Source: an uncultured Verrucomicrobiota bacterium
Lineage (GTDB): Bacteria > Verrucomicrobiota > Kiritimatiellia > CAIVKH01
Reading direction: 5' to 3'
Length of the DNA stretch: 64,000 nucleotides
Assembly: GCA_937996795.1 (NCBI GenBank)
Contig: CALKUH010000050.1
Span: 5,867 to 69,866 of the forward strand
Both the position numbers and the translations under genes were made by a program. The notes beneath the pieces are model-generated. The model had not been told where the DNA came from and ran no database searches. It worked only from the letters and a program-made list of their open reading frames with translations. This document shows, one piece after another, positions 40,599 through 50,530 of the stretch; position 1 is the stretch's first letter; every line of letters begins with the position of its first letter.

Positions 40599-42191
40599 CT
40601 ACCGCTGAGGCGTGAGCTTAACCAGCACGACATCGTTCTCGCGCAACAGCGCGCGCCCGCGCCAGACGCCGTCCGCGCCGACGTGCGTCTCGTGCTCGTG
40701 GGTCGGTGCGCCGGTCGACAGCGCCTTCAGCTCCGCCACCTGGCTGCGGGTGAGCCGGGCCGGTGCGCCCATCGCGAGATAGCGGCTGTAAGGATCGTTC
40801 ACGCCGTAGCCCGCGCGGTATTCCTCCACGCTATAGCGCCCCGGTTTCAGGCCGGCGAGCTGAAGCGCCACCGGGCCGCGCACCGCGGAGGGGCGCTCCT
40901 TGATAAAGCCCTGCTGGTTCACCGTCTTGCCATCCGGGAACGGATGCGCGAGATCCCAGAACAGGACCTGGGCGCCGCCCCCGTCGTCGGCACAGACCCA
41001 CGACGACGCATCCTCCGTCGCATACGCGCGGTCGCCAAGCCGCTGCAGGAAGGCATAGGCCCAGTAGGCCGTCTTCTTGATGCCCTGCAGGTTCATCAGC
41101 CCGAACCCGCCGTGGAACGGCTTCATCGGGATGCCCGACTCCTCGAAGATGTCGGTGAAGACCCAGTAGGACATCGACTGCGCGTGGCCGGTGCCGAGCT
41201 TGATCTGCTCAAGGATGAACGGCGCGGAGAAGTAGTCGTCGTGCACCGGGTCGCGCGACGAGTAGGACGCGCTCCACTCGGTGAAGTGCAGCTCGCGCCC
41301 CGCGAACGCCGTTTCTTCGATCAGCTTCCGCACGCGCCGGAAGTCCCGGCCGACCTGCCGCACGTTGTCCATCAGCTGTTGCTGCTGCGTGCCGAATTCG
41401 TCCAGCGCGCCCTTCACGTTGTAGGTGTGCGTCGAGAAGAAATCGAGCGGCACGTTTTCCTTCGCGCAGAACGCCGCGAGTTCCTGGATCCAGCCGCACC
41501 CCGCCGTGGACGGCCCGCCCACGCGGTAGGCCGGGTCCACGCCTTTAACCGCCGCGGCCGACGCGCGGTAGAGCTCGAAATACTGCTCCTGCGTGCCGGA
41601 CCAGAAGTAATTGTGGTTCGGCTCGTTCCACACCTCGAAGTACCACGTGCGCACCTCGTCCGCGCCGTAGCGCGCCGTGACATGTTCGGTGAAATCGCGG
41701 ACCAGCGCGGCCCACTCGTCCATCTGCTTCGGCGGCGTCACGTTGCCCTGCCACCAGAAGACCGTCTGGGTCCCGCTGGCGAGGGGCTTGGGCATGAAGG
41801 ACAGCTCGACAAATGGTTTCATGCCGATCGAGAGCAGGAAGTCGAAGAGCGCGTCGACGTACTGCCAGTTGAACTGCAGCGCGCCGCTCTTCGGGTCGCG
41901 TCGGCACACGCCCATGTCTTCGTGGAAGAGGCCGTGGAACCGGATGTACTCGAACCCCAGCTCCCGCCGCACCTCCGCGAGCTGCTGCTGCCAGTCCGCC
42001 CGCAGCCCCTCGTTCGCACGGCCCGCGCCGACGCACACGCGGTACGCGCGGTTCATCGGCTGCGACGGCCCCGCGAGATCCGCAGCAATCGTCCGCACGG
42101 CGGATTCACTGTCCGGACCGGGTGCAAGGGATTGCACGGCAAGCGCAACGGCGACGGTGGCCATATTCATATCCATGGCGTTCTCCATATT
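40599..42191 (-). CDS. Glycoside hydrolase family 39-like (beta-xylosidase / alpha-L-iduronidase-type (beta/alpha)8 protein)
   Basis: The acid/base VWNEPN motif, the nucleophile-region TEWS motif and the overall length fit GH39. Signal peptide after MENAMDMNMATVAVALAV. Start uncertain (42191, 42179 or 42167). Confidence 0.7.
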   Translation of the reverse strand, partial: NMENAMDMNMATVAVALAVQSLAPGPDSESAVRTIAADLAGPSQPMNRAYRVCVGAGRANEGLRADWQQQLAEVRRELGFEYIRFHGLFHEDMGVCRRDPKSGALQFNWQYVDALFDFLLSIGMKPFVELSFMPKPLASGTQTVFWWQGNVTPPKQMDEWAALVRDFTEHVTARYGADEVRTWYFEVWNEPNHNYFWSGTQEQYFELYRASAAAVKGVDPAYRVGGPSTAGCGWIQELAAFCAKENVPLDFFSTHTYNVKGALDEFGTQQQQLMDNVRQVGRDFRRVRKLIEETAFAGRELHFTEWSASYSSRDPVHDDYFSAPFILEQIKLGTGHAQSMSYWVFTDIFEESGIPMKPFHGGFGLMNLQGIKKTAYWAYAFLQRLGDRAYATEDASSWVCADDGGGAQVLFWDLAHPFPDGKTVNQQGFIKERPSAVRGPVALQLAGLKPGRYSVEEYRAGYGVNDPYSRYLAMGAPARLTRSQVAELKALSTGAPTHEHETHVGADGVWRGRALLRENDVVLVKLTPQR

Positions 42192-42253
42192 TTTACGCGT
42201 CGCGAAACGGTAGTAAACAAGGGCCGCGCTGTCAGCTGGAAACGATGCTGAAG

Positions 42254-43603
42254 TTATTTCAACGGTTGCGTCTGCAGCCGCTGGAGCGCCCGGTGGCCCC
42301 ACCACAAGGTGAAGAGGCCGGCGGACCAGGTCACCGCGCCGACGCCGAACCAGAGGCCGGGCGGACCGAACCAGGCGGACAGCAGCGGGTACAGCGCGAG
42401 CGGCGCGGCGATCTGGCGGTAGAGGCCGATCCAGAGCGCGTACATCGGCTGCTGCACCGCCTGCAGCAGCGACGTGGTCACGAACAGGAAGACGTACGCG
42501 AGCGAGATGAAGACCGCGATGCGCAGATACGCCGCGCCGGCGGCGATGACGGCGGGATCATTCGAGAACGCATCCAGCGCCACGCGCGCGCACAGGAAAA
42601 TGCCGATCCCGCCGGCCGCCATCAGGATGCAGCCCTCCCGCAGGGCGGTGCGCCAGACTTCGCCGACCCGCTCGATCCGCCCCGCGCCGAGGCTCTGTCC
42701 CGCGATGGCCAGCGTCGCCGAGGTCAGGCCGAGCACGGGCAGGAGGAAGACCTGTTCGATGCGCGTCGCGACGCCGTACGCCGCCACGGTGGCGTCGCCG
42801 AACCGGCTCGCGTAGTAGGTGATGACAAAAATGCCGATGCCGATGGTCGCGTGGTTCAGCGCGGCTGGCGCGCCCTGTCCGAAGATCCGGCGGAACGGCT
42901 CCGCCCGCGGCCACAGGTGCCCCACGCTTTCGCGGTCCAACAACCCCGCGCGCACGGCGCGCCGGATCATGTAGGCGAGGCCGCCGGCCTGGATCAGGAT
43001 CGTGGAGAGCGCGATGCCGGAAAGTCCCATCGCGGGCAGGCCGAACCCGCCGTACATGAACCACGGGTCGAGGCCCGCGTTCACGACCGCGCCGACGGCC
43101 AGCACGTTGCGCAGCGTGTGCGTGTCGCCGCGCGCGACGAGTCCCGCGTTCACGGCGTAGCTGCCGACAAAGAACGCCGTGCCGGCGAAAATCACGTGGA
43201 TGTAGCGCAGCGCATTCTCCAGATAGGCGCCCTCCGCGCCGAGCAGCACAAACAGCGGACGCGAAAACAGCAGGCCCAGCACGGTGAGCGCGAGCGAGGC
43301 GAGCAGGCCCAGCGAAAGCGCCTGCGCCGCGAGCAGCCGCGCGCGCGGGAGGTCGCCGCGCCCGATGGCGTGCGCGATGAGGGCTGTCGTGCCCGCCCCC
43401 AGCCCCGCGCCCAGCGCGATGATGCTGAAAAAGACGGGGAACGAAATCGACAGCCCGGCCAATGCGTCCGTGGACAGGCGTCCCGCGAAATACGTGTCGG
43501 TCAGGTTGTAGAGCGTGTTGCAGAACATCCCCACCGCCGCCGGGATCGCGATCCGCCGCAGCAGCGGTCGCACCGGCCCGGTGGTGAGGTCGTGGATGTG
43601 CAT
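42254..43603 (-). CDS. MATE-family efflux transporter
   Basis: 12-TM protein with MATE N-terminal signature (FCNTLYNLTDTYFAGRL). 449 aa. Confidence 0.88.
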   Translation of the reverse strand: MHIHDLTTGPVRPLLRRIAIPAAVGMFCNTLYNLTDTYFAGRLSTDALAGLSISFPVFFSIIALGAGLGAGTTALIAHAIGRGDLPRARLLAAQALSLGLLASLALTVLGLLFSRPLFVLLGAEGAYLENALRYIHVIFAGTAFFVGSYAVNAGLVARGDTHTLRNVLAVGAVVNAGLDPWFMYGGFGLPAMGLSGIALSTILIQAGGLAYMIRRAVRAGLLDRESVGHLWPRAEPFRRIFGQGAPAALNHATIGIGIFVITYYASRFGDATVAAYGVATRIEQVFLLPVLGLTSATLAIAGQSLGAGRIERVGEVWRTALREGCILMAAGGIGIFLCARVALDAFSNDPAVIAAGAAYLRIAVFISLAYVFLFVTTSLLQAVQQPMYALWIGLYRQIAAPLALYPLLSAWFGPPGLWFGVGAVTWSAGLFTLWWGHRALQRLQTQPLK

Positions 43604-43615
43604 GTGAAGGTGCGC

Positions 43616-43680
43616 GCTGCGCGCGCCCGGGTGTCAGGTGTCAGGTTTCGAAAGGTTCCTCCCTGACACCCGAAACCCGC
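43616..43680. repeat. Intergenic element copy 3: GGTGTCAGGTGTCAGG ... CCCTGACACCC inverted arms only (hairpin)
   Basis: gggtgtcaggtgtcaggtttcgaaaggttcctccctgacacccg lies between the gnd stop and the MATE start. Confidence 0.6.
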
Positions 43681-43692
43681 TTCCTCCCCGTC

Positions 43693-45114
43693 CTAATCCA
43701 TCCACTCCGTGTGGAAGAACTGGCCGCGCGGCTTGTCGACGCGCTCGTAGGTGTGGGCGCCGAAGAAGTCGCGCTGCGCCTGCAGCAGGTTCGCGGGCAG
43801 GACCTCGGCTCGGTAGCTGTCGTAGTACGCCAGCGCGGCGCCGAAGCACGGCACGGGGATGCCGAGTTTCGCGGCCTGCTGGATCACCCGGCGCAGGCTG
43901 CCCTGGCCGCGGCCGACGATCTTCTTGAAATGCGGGTCGAGCAGCAGGTTCGCCGGCGCCTTGCGGCGGCTGAACGCGTCGCGGATCTGCGTGAGGAACG
44001 CCGCGCGGATGATGCACCCGCCGCGCCACAGCATCGCGAGCTGGCCGAGGCTGAGCTTCCAGCCGTATTTTTCGGACGCCGCCTTCAGCAGCGCGAAGCC
44101 CTGCGCGTAGGAGCAGATCTTCGCGACGAACAGCGCCTGGCGGATGGATTCGATGAACTTCGCGCGGTCGCCCTTGTACGCGCTCTTCGGCCCGCGCAGC
44201 TTCTGCGACGCGGCGACGCGCTCCTCCTTCTGCGCGGCCATGATGCGCGCGAACACGGACTCGGTGATCAGCGTCACCGGCACGCCGAGGTCCAGCGCGA
44301 TGTTGCTGGTCCACTTGCCGGTGCCCTTCTGGCCGGCCGCGTCGAGGATCACGTCCACCAGCGGCTTGCCCGTTTCCGGGTCCGTGCGCGTGAAGACCTT
44401 GGCGGTGATTTCGATCAGGTACGAATCAAGTTCGCCCTTGTTCCAGATCGAGAAGATGTCGTGCAGCTCGCCCGCCGTCATGCCGAGGCCGCGCTTCAGC
44501 AGGTCGTAGGCCTCGCAGATGAGCTGCATGTCGCCGTATTCGATGCCGTTGTGGACCATTTTGACGAAATGGCCCGCGCCGTCGCTGCCGACCCAGTCGC
44601 AGCACGCCTCGCCGTTCACCTTCGCGGCGATCGCCTGGAAGATCGGCTGGATGTGCGGCCACGCCGCGGCGGAGCCGCCGGGCATGATGCTTGGGCCGCG
44701 CAGCGCGCCTTCCTCGCCGCCGGACACGCCGCTGCCGACGTACAGCAGGCCGCGCGCCTCGACGGCCTTCTGCCGGCGCTGCGTGTCTTCAAACCACGAG
44801 TTGCCGCCGTCGATCAGGATGTCGCCCGGCTCCAGCAGCGGGATGAGCTGTTCGATCAGCTGGTCCACAGCCGGCCCCGCCTTGACCATCATCATCACCC
44901 GGCGCGGGCGTTTCAGCGCCGCGACGAACTCCTGCAGCGTATGCGCGCCGATGATCGATTTGCCCGCCGCCCGGTTCTTGAGGAACTCATCCACCTTCGC
45001 GACCGTGCGGTTGTGCACGACCACGGTGAACCCGTTGTTCGCCATGTTCAGGACGAGGTTCTCGCCCATCACGGCCAACCCGATAAGCCCGATATCTGCC
45101 TGGGATGCGGTCAT
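43693..45114 (-). CDS. gnd: 6-phosphogluconate dehydrogenase, decarboxylating
   Basis: IGLIGLAVMGENLVLNMANNGF Rossmann start and 6PGD C-terminal domain. 473 aa. Confidence 0.95.
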   Translation of the reverse strand: MTASQADIGLIGLAVMGENLVLNMANNGFTVVVHNRTVAKVDEFLKNRAAGKSIIGAHTLQEFVAALKRPRRVMMMVKAGPAVDQLIEQLIPLLEPGDILIDGGNSWFEDTQRRQKAVEARGLLYVGSGVSGGEEGALRGPSIMPGGSAAAWPHIQPIFQAIAAKVNGEACCDWVGSDGAGHFVKMVHNGIEYGDMQLICEAYDLLKRGLGMTAGELHDIFSIWNKGELDSYLIEITAKVFTRTDPETGKPLVDVILDAAGQKGTGKWTSNIALDLGVPVTLITESVFARIMAAQKEERVAASQKLRGPKSAYKGDRAKFIESIRQALFVAKICSYAQGFALLKAASEKYGWKLSLGQLAMLWRGGCIIRAAFLTQIRDAFSRRKAPANLLLDPHFKKIVGRGQGSLRRVIQQAAKLGIPVPCFGAALAYYDSYRAEVLPANLLQAQRDFFGAHTYERVDKPRGQFFHTEWMD

Positions 45115-45177
45115 GCGAATCTCCTTAACCTGTAGCTAACAGGGCGTCCTCCCCCGCGAAACAGGGGAACGGGTATA

Positions 45178-46554
45178 TCACACCCCCCGCGGGGGCGCAA
45201 CCGGAGGGCGTCCGCGGCAACTGCGTATCCAATTCCGGTACCACCGGGCGGAGTCCTTTGGCGTGCGCTGGCCCGTCGCAAAATCGACATGGACCAGCCC
45301 GAAGCGTTCCTTGTAGCCTTCAGCCCACTCGAAATTGTCGAGCAGGGTCCAGTGGAAGTAGCCGCGCACGTCCACACCCGCCCGAATCGCGGCGTGCAGC
45401 GCCCCCAAATAGCGTTCGAGGTAATCGATCCGCGCGGCATCCCGCACGCGGCCGTCCGCGCCGACCCAGTCGGGCAGGCTGATCCCGTTTTCCGTGATAA
45501 CCACCGGCGTTTTGTAGCGCGCGTGGAAGAAGGTCGCCGCCCAATACAGGCTGCGCGGCAAGACCGCCCACCGGCACAGGCTCATCGGGGTCCCCGGCGG
45601 CAACGGCATCTCGCGGGGCCGCCCGCGCGCGTCGCCGCGCACGGGCACGCCGCTGTAGACATTCAGGCCCACGAAATCGAGGGGTTGTGCGATCACCGCC
45701 CCGTCCTCCGCCAGCGCGTCGGCCGCGGCGGCGCCGTAGGCCCGCCGCCCGGTGGCCGGTGGCCGTCCGAGGAAGATCGGGTCGCTCCACCAGACATTGT
45801 TCCATGTGGAGCCCGGCGCGACCGCCGCCATGGCGTTCATCGCGGCGCGCCGGTCCTGCTCGCGCCGCTCGTCGTGCGGCACATGCACCACGGCGGCGTG
45901 GGCGATCCCGATGGACAGGGGGCGTCGGGCGCTGGCGCGCAGCACCTGCACCGCGCGACCGTGCGCCAGCAGCGCATGGTGTGCGGCGCGCAACACCGCG
46001 GGCATCGGCAGGCGGTCGCCGGGGGCGTGGATGCCGGTGCGATGGCCGTAGTCGATAAAGCACTGCGGTTCGTTCAGCGTTATCCAGCGGTCCACACGAT
46101 CCGCCAGCCGGTCCGCCACGCGCGCCGTGTACTCCGCGAACCAGTCTGCGCTGTCGCGGTTTCGCCAGCCTCCACGCCGGTACAGGGCGAGCGGGTAGTC
46201 CCAATGGAACAGCGTGAGCCAGGGTTCTATGTGTGCGCCGAGCAGCTCGTCCACCAGCCGGTCGTAGAAATCCAGGCCCCTGGTATTTTCGCGGCCGACA
46301 CCCTGCGGCATCACGCGCGGCCACGACACCGAAAACCGGTACGCGTGCAACCCCATGCGCCGCATCAGTGCCAGATCCTCGCGCCAGCGCCGCACATGGT
46401 CGCAGGCCCGGTTGCCGGTGTGTCCCCCAAACACCGCGCCGGGCCGGCGGCAAAAGGCATCCCAGACACTGCGGCCCCGTCCGGCGGCATCGCCCTCGAT
46501 CTGGAACGCCGAGGATGCGGCGCCCCAGGCAAACGACGCGGGCCATCCGGTCAC
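45178..46554 (-). CDS. GH1 beta-glucosidase
   Basis: FAWGAASSAFQIEG N-terminal signature, the acid/base TLNEP motif and the nucleophile ITENG motif. The inferred GTG start overlaps the upstream pseudopilin stop (GTGA). The ORF-track start at 46836 is too far upstream. Confidence 0.88.
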   Translation of the reverse strand: MTGWPASFAWGAASSAFQIEGDAAGRGRSVWDAFCRRPGAVFGGHTGNRACDHVRRWREDLALMRRMGLHAYRFSVSWPRVMPQGVGRENTRGLDFYDRLVDELLGAHIEPWLTLFHWDYPLALYRRGGWRNRDSADWFAEYTARVADRLADRVDRWITLNEPQCFIDYGHRTGIHAPGDRLPMPAVLRAAHHALLAHGRAVQVLRASARRPLSIGIAHAAVVHVPHDERREQDRRAAMNAMAAVAPGSTWNNVWWSDPIFLGRPPATGRRAYGAAAADALAEDGAVIAQPLDFVGLNVYSGVPVRGDARGRPREMPLPPGTPMSLCRWAVLPRSLYWAATFFHARYKTPVVITENGISLPDWVGADGRVRDAARIDYLERYLGALHAAIRAGVDVRGYFHWTLLDNFEWAEGYKERFGLVHVDFATGQRTPKDSARWYRNWIRSCRGRPPVAPPRGV

Positions 46555-47150
46555 GGCTGCGTCCCCCACCACCACCACGGCGACTGGCCGTTGGGATCGG
46601 CCCCCATCAGGTCCGCGCGTGTTTTCGCCTGCACATGGCCGTCGAGAAACACGACGTTGTCCGTGTCGCGGTGTCGCGGGCGCACGGCCCAGTCCGTGTC
46701 CAGCGCCACGACGAGCCACGCGGCGCTCGCGAACGCGGACGCATCGCGCCCGGCGACGGCGGTCTGGTTGTCGTTCATCTTGTAGGTCGTGCAGATCTCG
46801 GTTCCATCCACCGTCGCGCAGGCGAACGTGTACCACGCGGGCCAGAGATCATCGCGGTGGAGCGTCGCTGGACAGCGGAAGACGGCGAACTGGTCGCGCA
46901 GGTACTCGCGCAGCATTGAAATCTGGCGGTGCTGCGTGTCCCAGCGCAAATCCGGCATCCGGCCGGCGTGGTCGGCGGCGTAGAAGCGCACCGCGGTTCC
47001 AATCTCGCGCAACTGGGCCGCGCACGCCGTTTGCCAGGCCGATTCCCGCGCGCGCGCCACCATCGAGACGGCCAGCGACGCCAGCACCGCGATCACGGCG
47101 ATCACGGCCAGCAGCTCGACCAGCGAGAATCCGCGCACGCGGCGTTTCAT
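46551..47150 (-). CDS. Prepilin-type N-terminal cleavage/methylation domain protein embedded in the CAZyme operon
   Basis: MKRRVRGFSLVELLAVIAVIAVLASLAVSM, with GGAGG 6 nt upstream. ATGA overlap with the upstream GH94-like gene and GTGA overlap with the downstream GH1 gene. Confidence 0.8.
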   Translation of the reverse strand: MKRRVRGFSLVELLAVIAVIAVLASLAVSMVARARESAWQTACAAQLREIGTAVRFYAADHAGRMPDLRWDTQHRQISMLREYLRDQFAVFRCPATLHRDDLWPAWYTFACATVDGTEICTTYKMNDNQTAVAGRDASAFASAAWLVVALDTDWAVRPRHRDTDNVVFLDGHVQAKTRADLMGADPNGQSPWWWWGTQP

Positions 47151-50100
47151 CGCGCGCCTCCTGGCGGCAAGGCCAGGTCGAGCACGTTGCCCTCCTCTCG
47201 CAACCGGCTTCGGAATTCGGCGTATGCCACGCTTCCGCCGCCCGCGCGGTAGGGATTTCCCGCCAGCGGCAGCATCGCCAGCGGTTCGCCATTCAGCCGC
47301 GCGCAAAGCCCGCCCGCGCCAGGCTGCACGCGGTGCAGCACCAGCAGCGGACGCCCGAATAGTTCATGCCGCAAGGCAACGCCGTCCCACGCCGCCGGCA
47401 GGACGGGATCAAGTTCCAGCCGGTCGAAGCGGCGGCGCCACCCAAACAACCGCGCCAGCACCGCGTGGACAAAAATGCCCGGGCCGCTGGAATAGACGCG
47501 CCAGCCGCCGCGCACCGGCACGCCGCCCGCGCGCAATTCCTCCCACCGGGCCGCCGCCTCGGCGCGGGTGTCGAATCGCGCATCGCTGCTGCTGAAATAG
47601 GCGTTGGCCTGGCGGCATTCCGCGTTTGCCACGGTCTCCTGCAGCGCGACCGGGTTCACGGCCAGCAGGCCGCGCACCAGCTCGTCCGCATCGCCGACCC
47701 GCGCCATCGCCTCGCAATAGCGCAGGTGCGCGTGCACATACTGCAACCCCACCTCGCGCCCGAAGAAGGCCGCCGTTTCGGCGCGCTGGAAATGCGTGCG
47801 CCGCCCGCCGCGGTACGGCACCGGCGTGTCCATTAAATGCACGCCGTCCGGCATCCAGAGCCATTCGCGCAGCAGGGCCAGGTGGGCGCGGGCCTCCGTC
47901 GGCGTGAAGAGTCCGCTGAGGATGCCGCGGTTGATCGACAGCAGGCGCAGGCGCGGCCCGGAGCTGTGGTCGGACGGATGCAGCAGCAGGCGCGCGCGGC
48001 CGTCCGCGCCGAACAGGGCGAACCCCGCGATGACGCCGTCGCGGATCAGATGGCGGTGCACGTCGGTGTGAATGCGTTCGGCCAGATCCGCGCAACGGCC
48101 CGCGAGGCCGTGCCATCCGTACCGGCGCGCGCAGGCGGCGAACCGCGTGACGGTTTCAAACACGAGCATCACCGTCCACGCGCTCGTCATCCGCTCGCGC
48201 ATCTCCGCGCGCAGCGGCTGCAAGGTGTCGTCCCAGTCGCCGTCGCGGTAGCGCAGCAGCGAGGTGCCCTCGATGCAGTCGTGTTCCAGGATGCCGAGCT
48301 GGCGCTCGACGTGATCACGCAGCGGCGTGGCGGGCCGCGGCCGATGGTCCGCGCCCATCCAGCCGACCGGCCGGTCCAGCAGGCCGGGATCGTCCGTCGC
48401 CTCCAGGACATCGCACAGCGCCTTCAGCGGCCACACCACAATGTCGCCGTGGCAGTGGCGCTGACGAATCGCGCCGTACGGCTCGAACATGAACCACTGC
48501 GGCCACAGCCCGGTGTCCGCGTCCTGCTGGGCATACACGCGGTCCAGCAGGACCGGCAGATACGCCGTCCGCCCCGTCGCGATCAGCCACTCCAGCGGGC
48601 CCTGGCATACGTCGCGCGTGCCCCATGCGCCGCCATTAAACTGTTCCAGGCCATGCGGCGTCGCGAGGTGCACGAGCGCATTGTGCGAGAACCAGGGCAG
48701 GATCGTGTCGAGCCGCTCCGCCTCCGCCACGCCCATCACGCGGACGCCACCCGTCAGGGCGGACCGGTACGGTTGCGTGCCGTCCAGCCGGTCCTCGCGC
48801 GACGGCGCAGGGCGGTCATCCGCCGCCCGGATGCGCAGGGTCGCCGACGCCGTCGTCGGCCAGGTCCATTCGAGCAGGGGCGTATCCGCATCGTGGTCCC
48901 ACACGTCCGCCGGACCGGCCGCGGCGGCGCCCGCATCGCCTTCCACGATGTAGGACGGATGCGCGGTGGACGCCTCCTCGCCCGTCACAAGCGGGCAGCA
49001 CAACACTCCGCATCCCCGCGCCATCGCGCGATACGGGCGCGCCCCGTCCACATCCAGCTCCAGCGTCGCCCGCATCGAAAGCGGCGGACCTTCGAGCACA
49101 CGCGCGGTGAAGGTTAATTCGCGCGAGGCGGCGGCGGACGACCGCACTTCCAGTGTGATTCCGCCGAACCGGTACACCCACTCCGCCGCCCGCGCGTGCA
49201 TGCCGAAGGCGGAGGGAATGCCGAGCTGCCGCCATGCCCCATCCCAGTCCACGAAGAGGCGCAGGCCGGACGATCGCTGGAGGTTCAACGGGTGCCGCAC
49301 CACCGACAGCAGGCGATGCAGGTTCGGATTGCCGCGCGTCACATGGCTGTGGAACACACCCATCGCGTACACCGTGCTGCACAGCGGTTCCGCCTCAGGA
49401 CCCGGCGGATCGCCGCACACGAGGATGTGGCCGTGCGGACGCTCGACCCGCCGCTCTTTGGCGCCAAGCACCACATGCGCGCCGGATTCGGTGAAAAACG
49501 AAAGCAGCGCCCCGTCCCTCCGCTCCTCATGACGCCAGGGACCGCCCCAGCGCGCGCGCAGTGCCGCCTCGTCCAGCGGCTCGCCGGCCAGCAGCGGACC
49601 CTCAAACCGGCCCGCCTCCGGCGGCGGCCCTTCCACGCACGGACGGCCGGGCCACGCAGTGGACGCCGCCCACTGCGCCGCCGCAGCCACGCGCCGCGCG
49701 TCGCTGCCGCCGGACGCGGACGGATGGTGGGGCACAAATTCGGCGAAAAAACGCGCCTCGCCGTGATCGCCCGCCGCCAGCCGCTGCGCCATCGACACCA
49801 GCGCTCCGCAGCCCATTTCATATTGCATCACGCGCGACGGCAGGTGCGCCGCGCGCCACGCCTCCGGTTCGCCGGTGGCGCGGAACCCGAGGCCCAGCAC
49901 CTGTAGTCCGTCGGTTGCATACGACGCCGCGCCGGGCTGGCAGCCCTGCAGCATCCACGGGAACCGCTCTCCGGCCTGCGGCTGGTTCTGCCGTGACAAC
50001 AGCACCGGGCCGGCGGCGGTCTCCAGGACCGTGTGATCCACATAGTGCGCCGCATACGCCTCGTTGATCCGCAGCGTGGCGGGCGGCGCCAGTCCGAGAT

Positions 50101-50530
50101 CCTGCGCATACAAGACGTCCCACTCCACCGCCTCCGCGCCCCGGTTCGCCACGCGGACCAGCCACGCCCAGCGCGCGGCCGCGTCGTCCAACACCAGCGC
50201 GACTTCGACGGCCAGCGCGCCGTCGTGCACGCGCCACCGCACCGCACCGTCCGCCGGCGCCGCCGCCGCGCGCGCGCGCAATCCCAGCAGTGGAACCACG
50301 CGCACAACCTTCGCGCCTGAACGGACCCGCAATACGAGCTGGAACATCCCGGCTTCGTGCGGCGACACGCGCAATGCATTGATCCGGAGGTCGCCGCAGG
50401 CCACGTCGTGAACAGCCGCCCCGCGCCCGCGCACACACAGGCCGTTCCCGCTGACCACCGTCCACGCGGGCGGCCCCCGGGGCGCCTCCAGGATCACCCG
50501 CTCGTCAAGAACCTGTGTATCCATCTTCAT
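47147..50530 (-). CDS. Large (alpha/alpha)6-barrel glycoside hydrolase or phosphorylase-like protein (GH94/GH36-superfamily-like; 1,2-beta-oligoglucan-phosphorylase-sized)
   Basis: About 1127 aa. A central WFSHNALVHLATPHGLEQFNGGAWGTRDVCQG block resembles the GGxWGxRD catalytic region of GH94-type phosphorylases. Family assignment is by motif and size only. Confidence 0.5.
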   Translation of the reverse strand: MKMDTQVLDERVILEAPRGPPAWTVVSGNGLCVRGRGAAVHDVACGDLRINALRVSPHEAGMFQLVLRVRSGAKVVRVVPLLGLRARAAAAPADGAVRWRVHDGALAVEVALVLDDAAARWAWLVRVANRGAEAVEWDVLYAQDLGLAPPATLRINEAYAAHYVDHTVLETAAGPVLLSRQNQPQAGERFPWMLQGCQPGAASYATDGLQVLGLGFRATGEPEAWRAAHLPSRVMQYEMGCGALVSMAQRLAAGDHGEARFFAEFVPHHPSASGGSDARRVAAAAQWAASTAWPGRPCVEGPPPEAGRFEGPLLAGEPLDEAALRARWGGPWRHEERRDGALLSFFTESGAHVVLGAKERRVERPHGHILVCGDPPGPEAEPLCSTVYAMGVFHSHVTRGNPNLHRLLSVVRHPLNLQRSSGLRLFVDWDGAWRQLGIPSAFGMHARAAEWVYRFGGITLEVRSSAAASRELTFTARVLEGPPLSMRATLELDVDGARPYRAMARGCGVLCCPLVTGEEASTAHPSYIVEGDAGAAAAGPADVWDHDADTPLLEWTWPTTASATLRIRAADDRPAPSREDRLDGTQPYRSALTGGVRVMGVAEAERLDTILPWFSHNALVHLATPHGLEQFNGGAWGTRDVCQGPLEWLIATGRTAYLPVLLDRVYAQQDADTGLWPQWFMFEPYGAIRQRHCHGDIVVWPLKALCDVLEATDDPGLLDRPVGWMGADHRPRPATPLRDHVERQLGILEHDCIEGTSLLRYRDGDWDDTLQPLRAEMRERMTSAWTVMLVFETVTRFAACARRYGWHGLAGRCADLAERIHTDVHRHLIRDGVIAGFALFGADGRARLLLHPSDHSSGPRLRLLSINRGILSGLFTPTEARAHLALLREWLWMPDGVHLMDTPVPYRGGRRTHFQRAETAAFFGREVGLQYVHAHLRYCEAMARVGDADELVRGLLAVNPVALQETVANAECRQANAYFSSSDARFDTRAEAAARWEELRAGGVPVRGGWRVYSSGPGIFVHAVLARLFGWRRRFDRLELDPVLPAAWDGVALRHELFGRPLLVLHRVQPGAGGLCARLNGEPLAMLPLAGNPYRAGGGSVAYAEFRSRLREEGNVLDLALPPGGAR

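Noticed and set aside
45149-45196. CCCCCGCG ... CGCGGGGG inverted repeat at the GH1 stop codon, a possible terminator
   Set aside because: The loop is about 30 nt and there is no T-tract. This is weak as an intrinsic terminator, so it is not reported as a feature.
43711-46785. Plus-strand ORFs 43711..45135 and 45289..46785 opposite gnd and the GH1 gene
   Set aside because: Antisense to strongly supported genes. Low-complexity translations.
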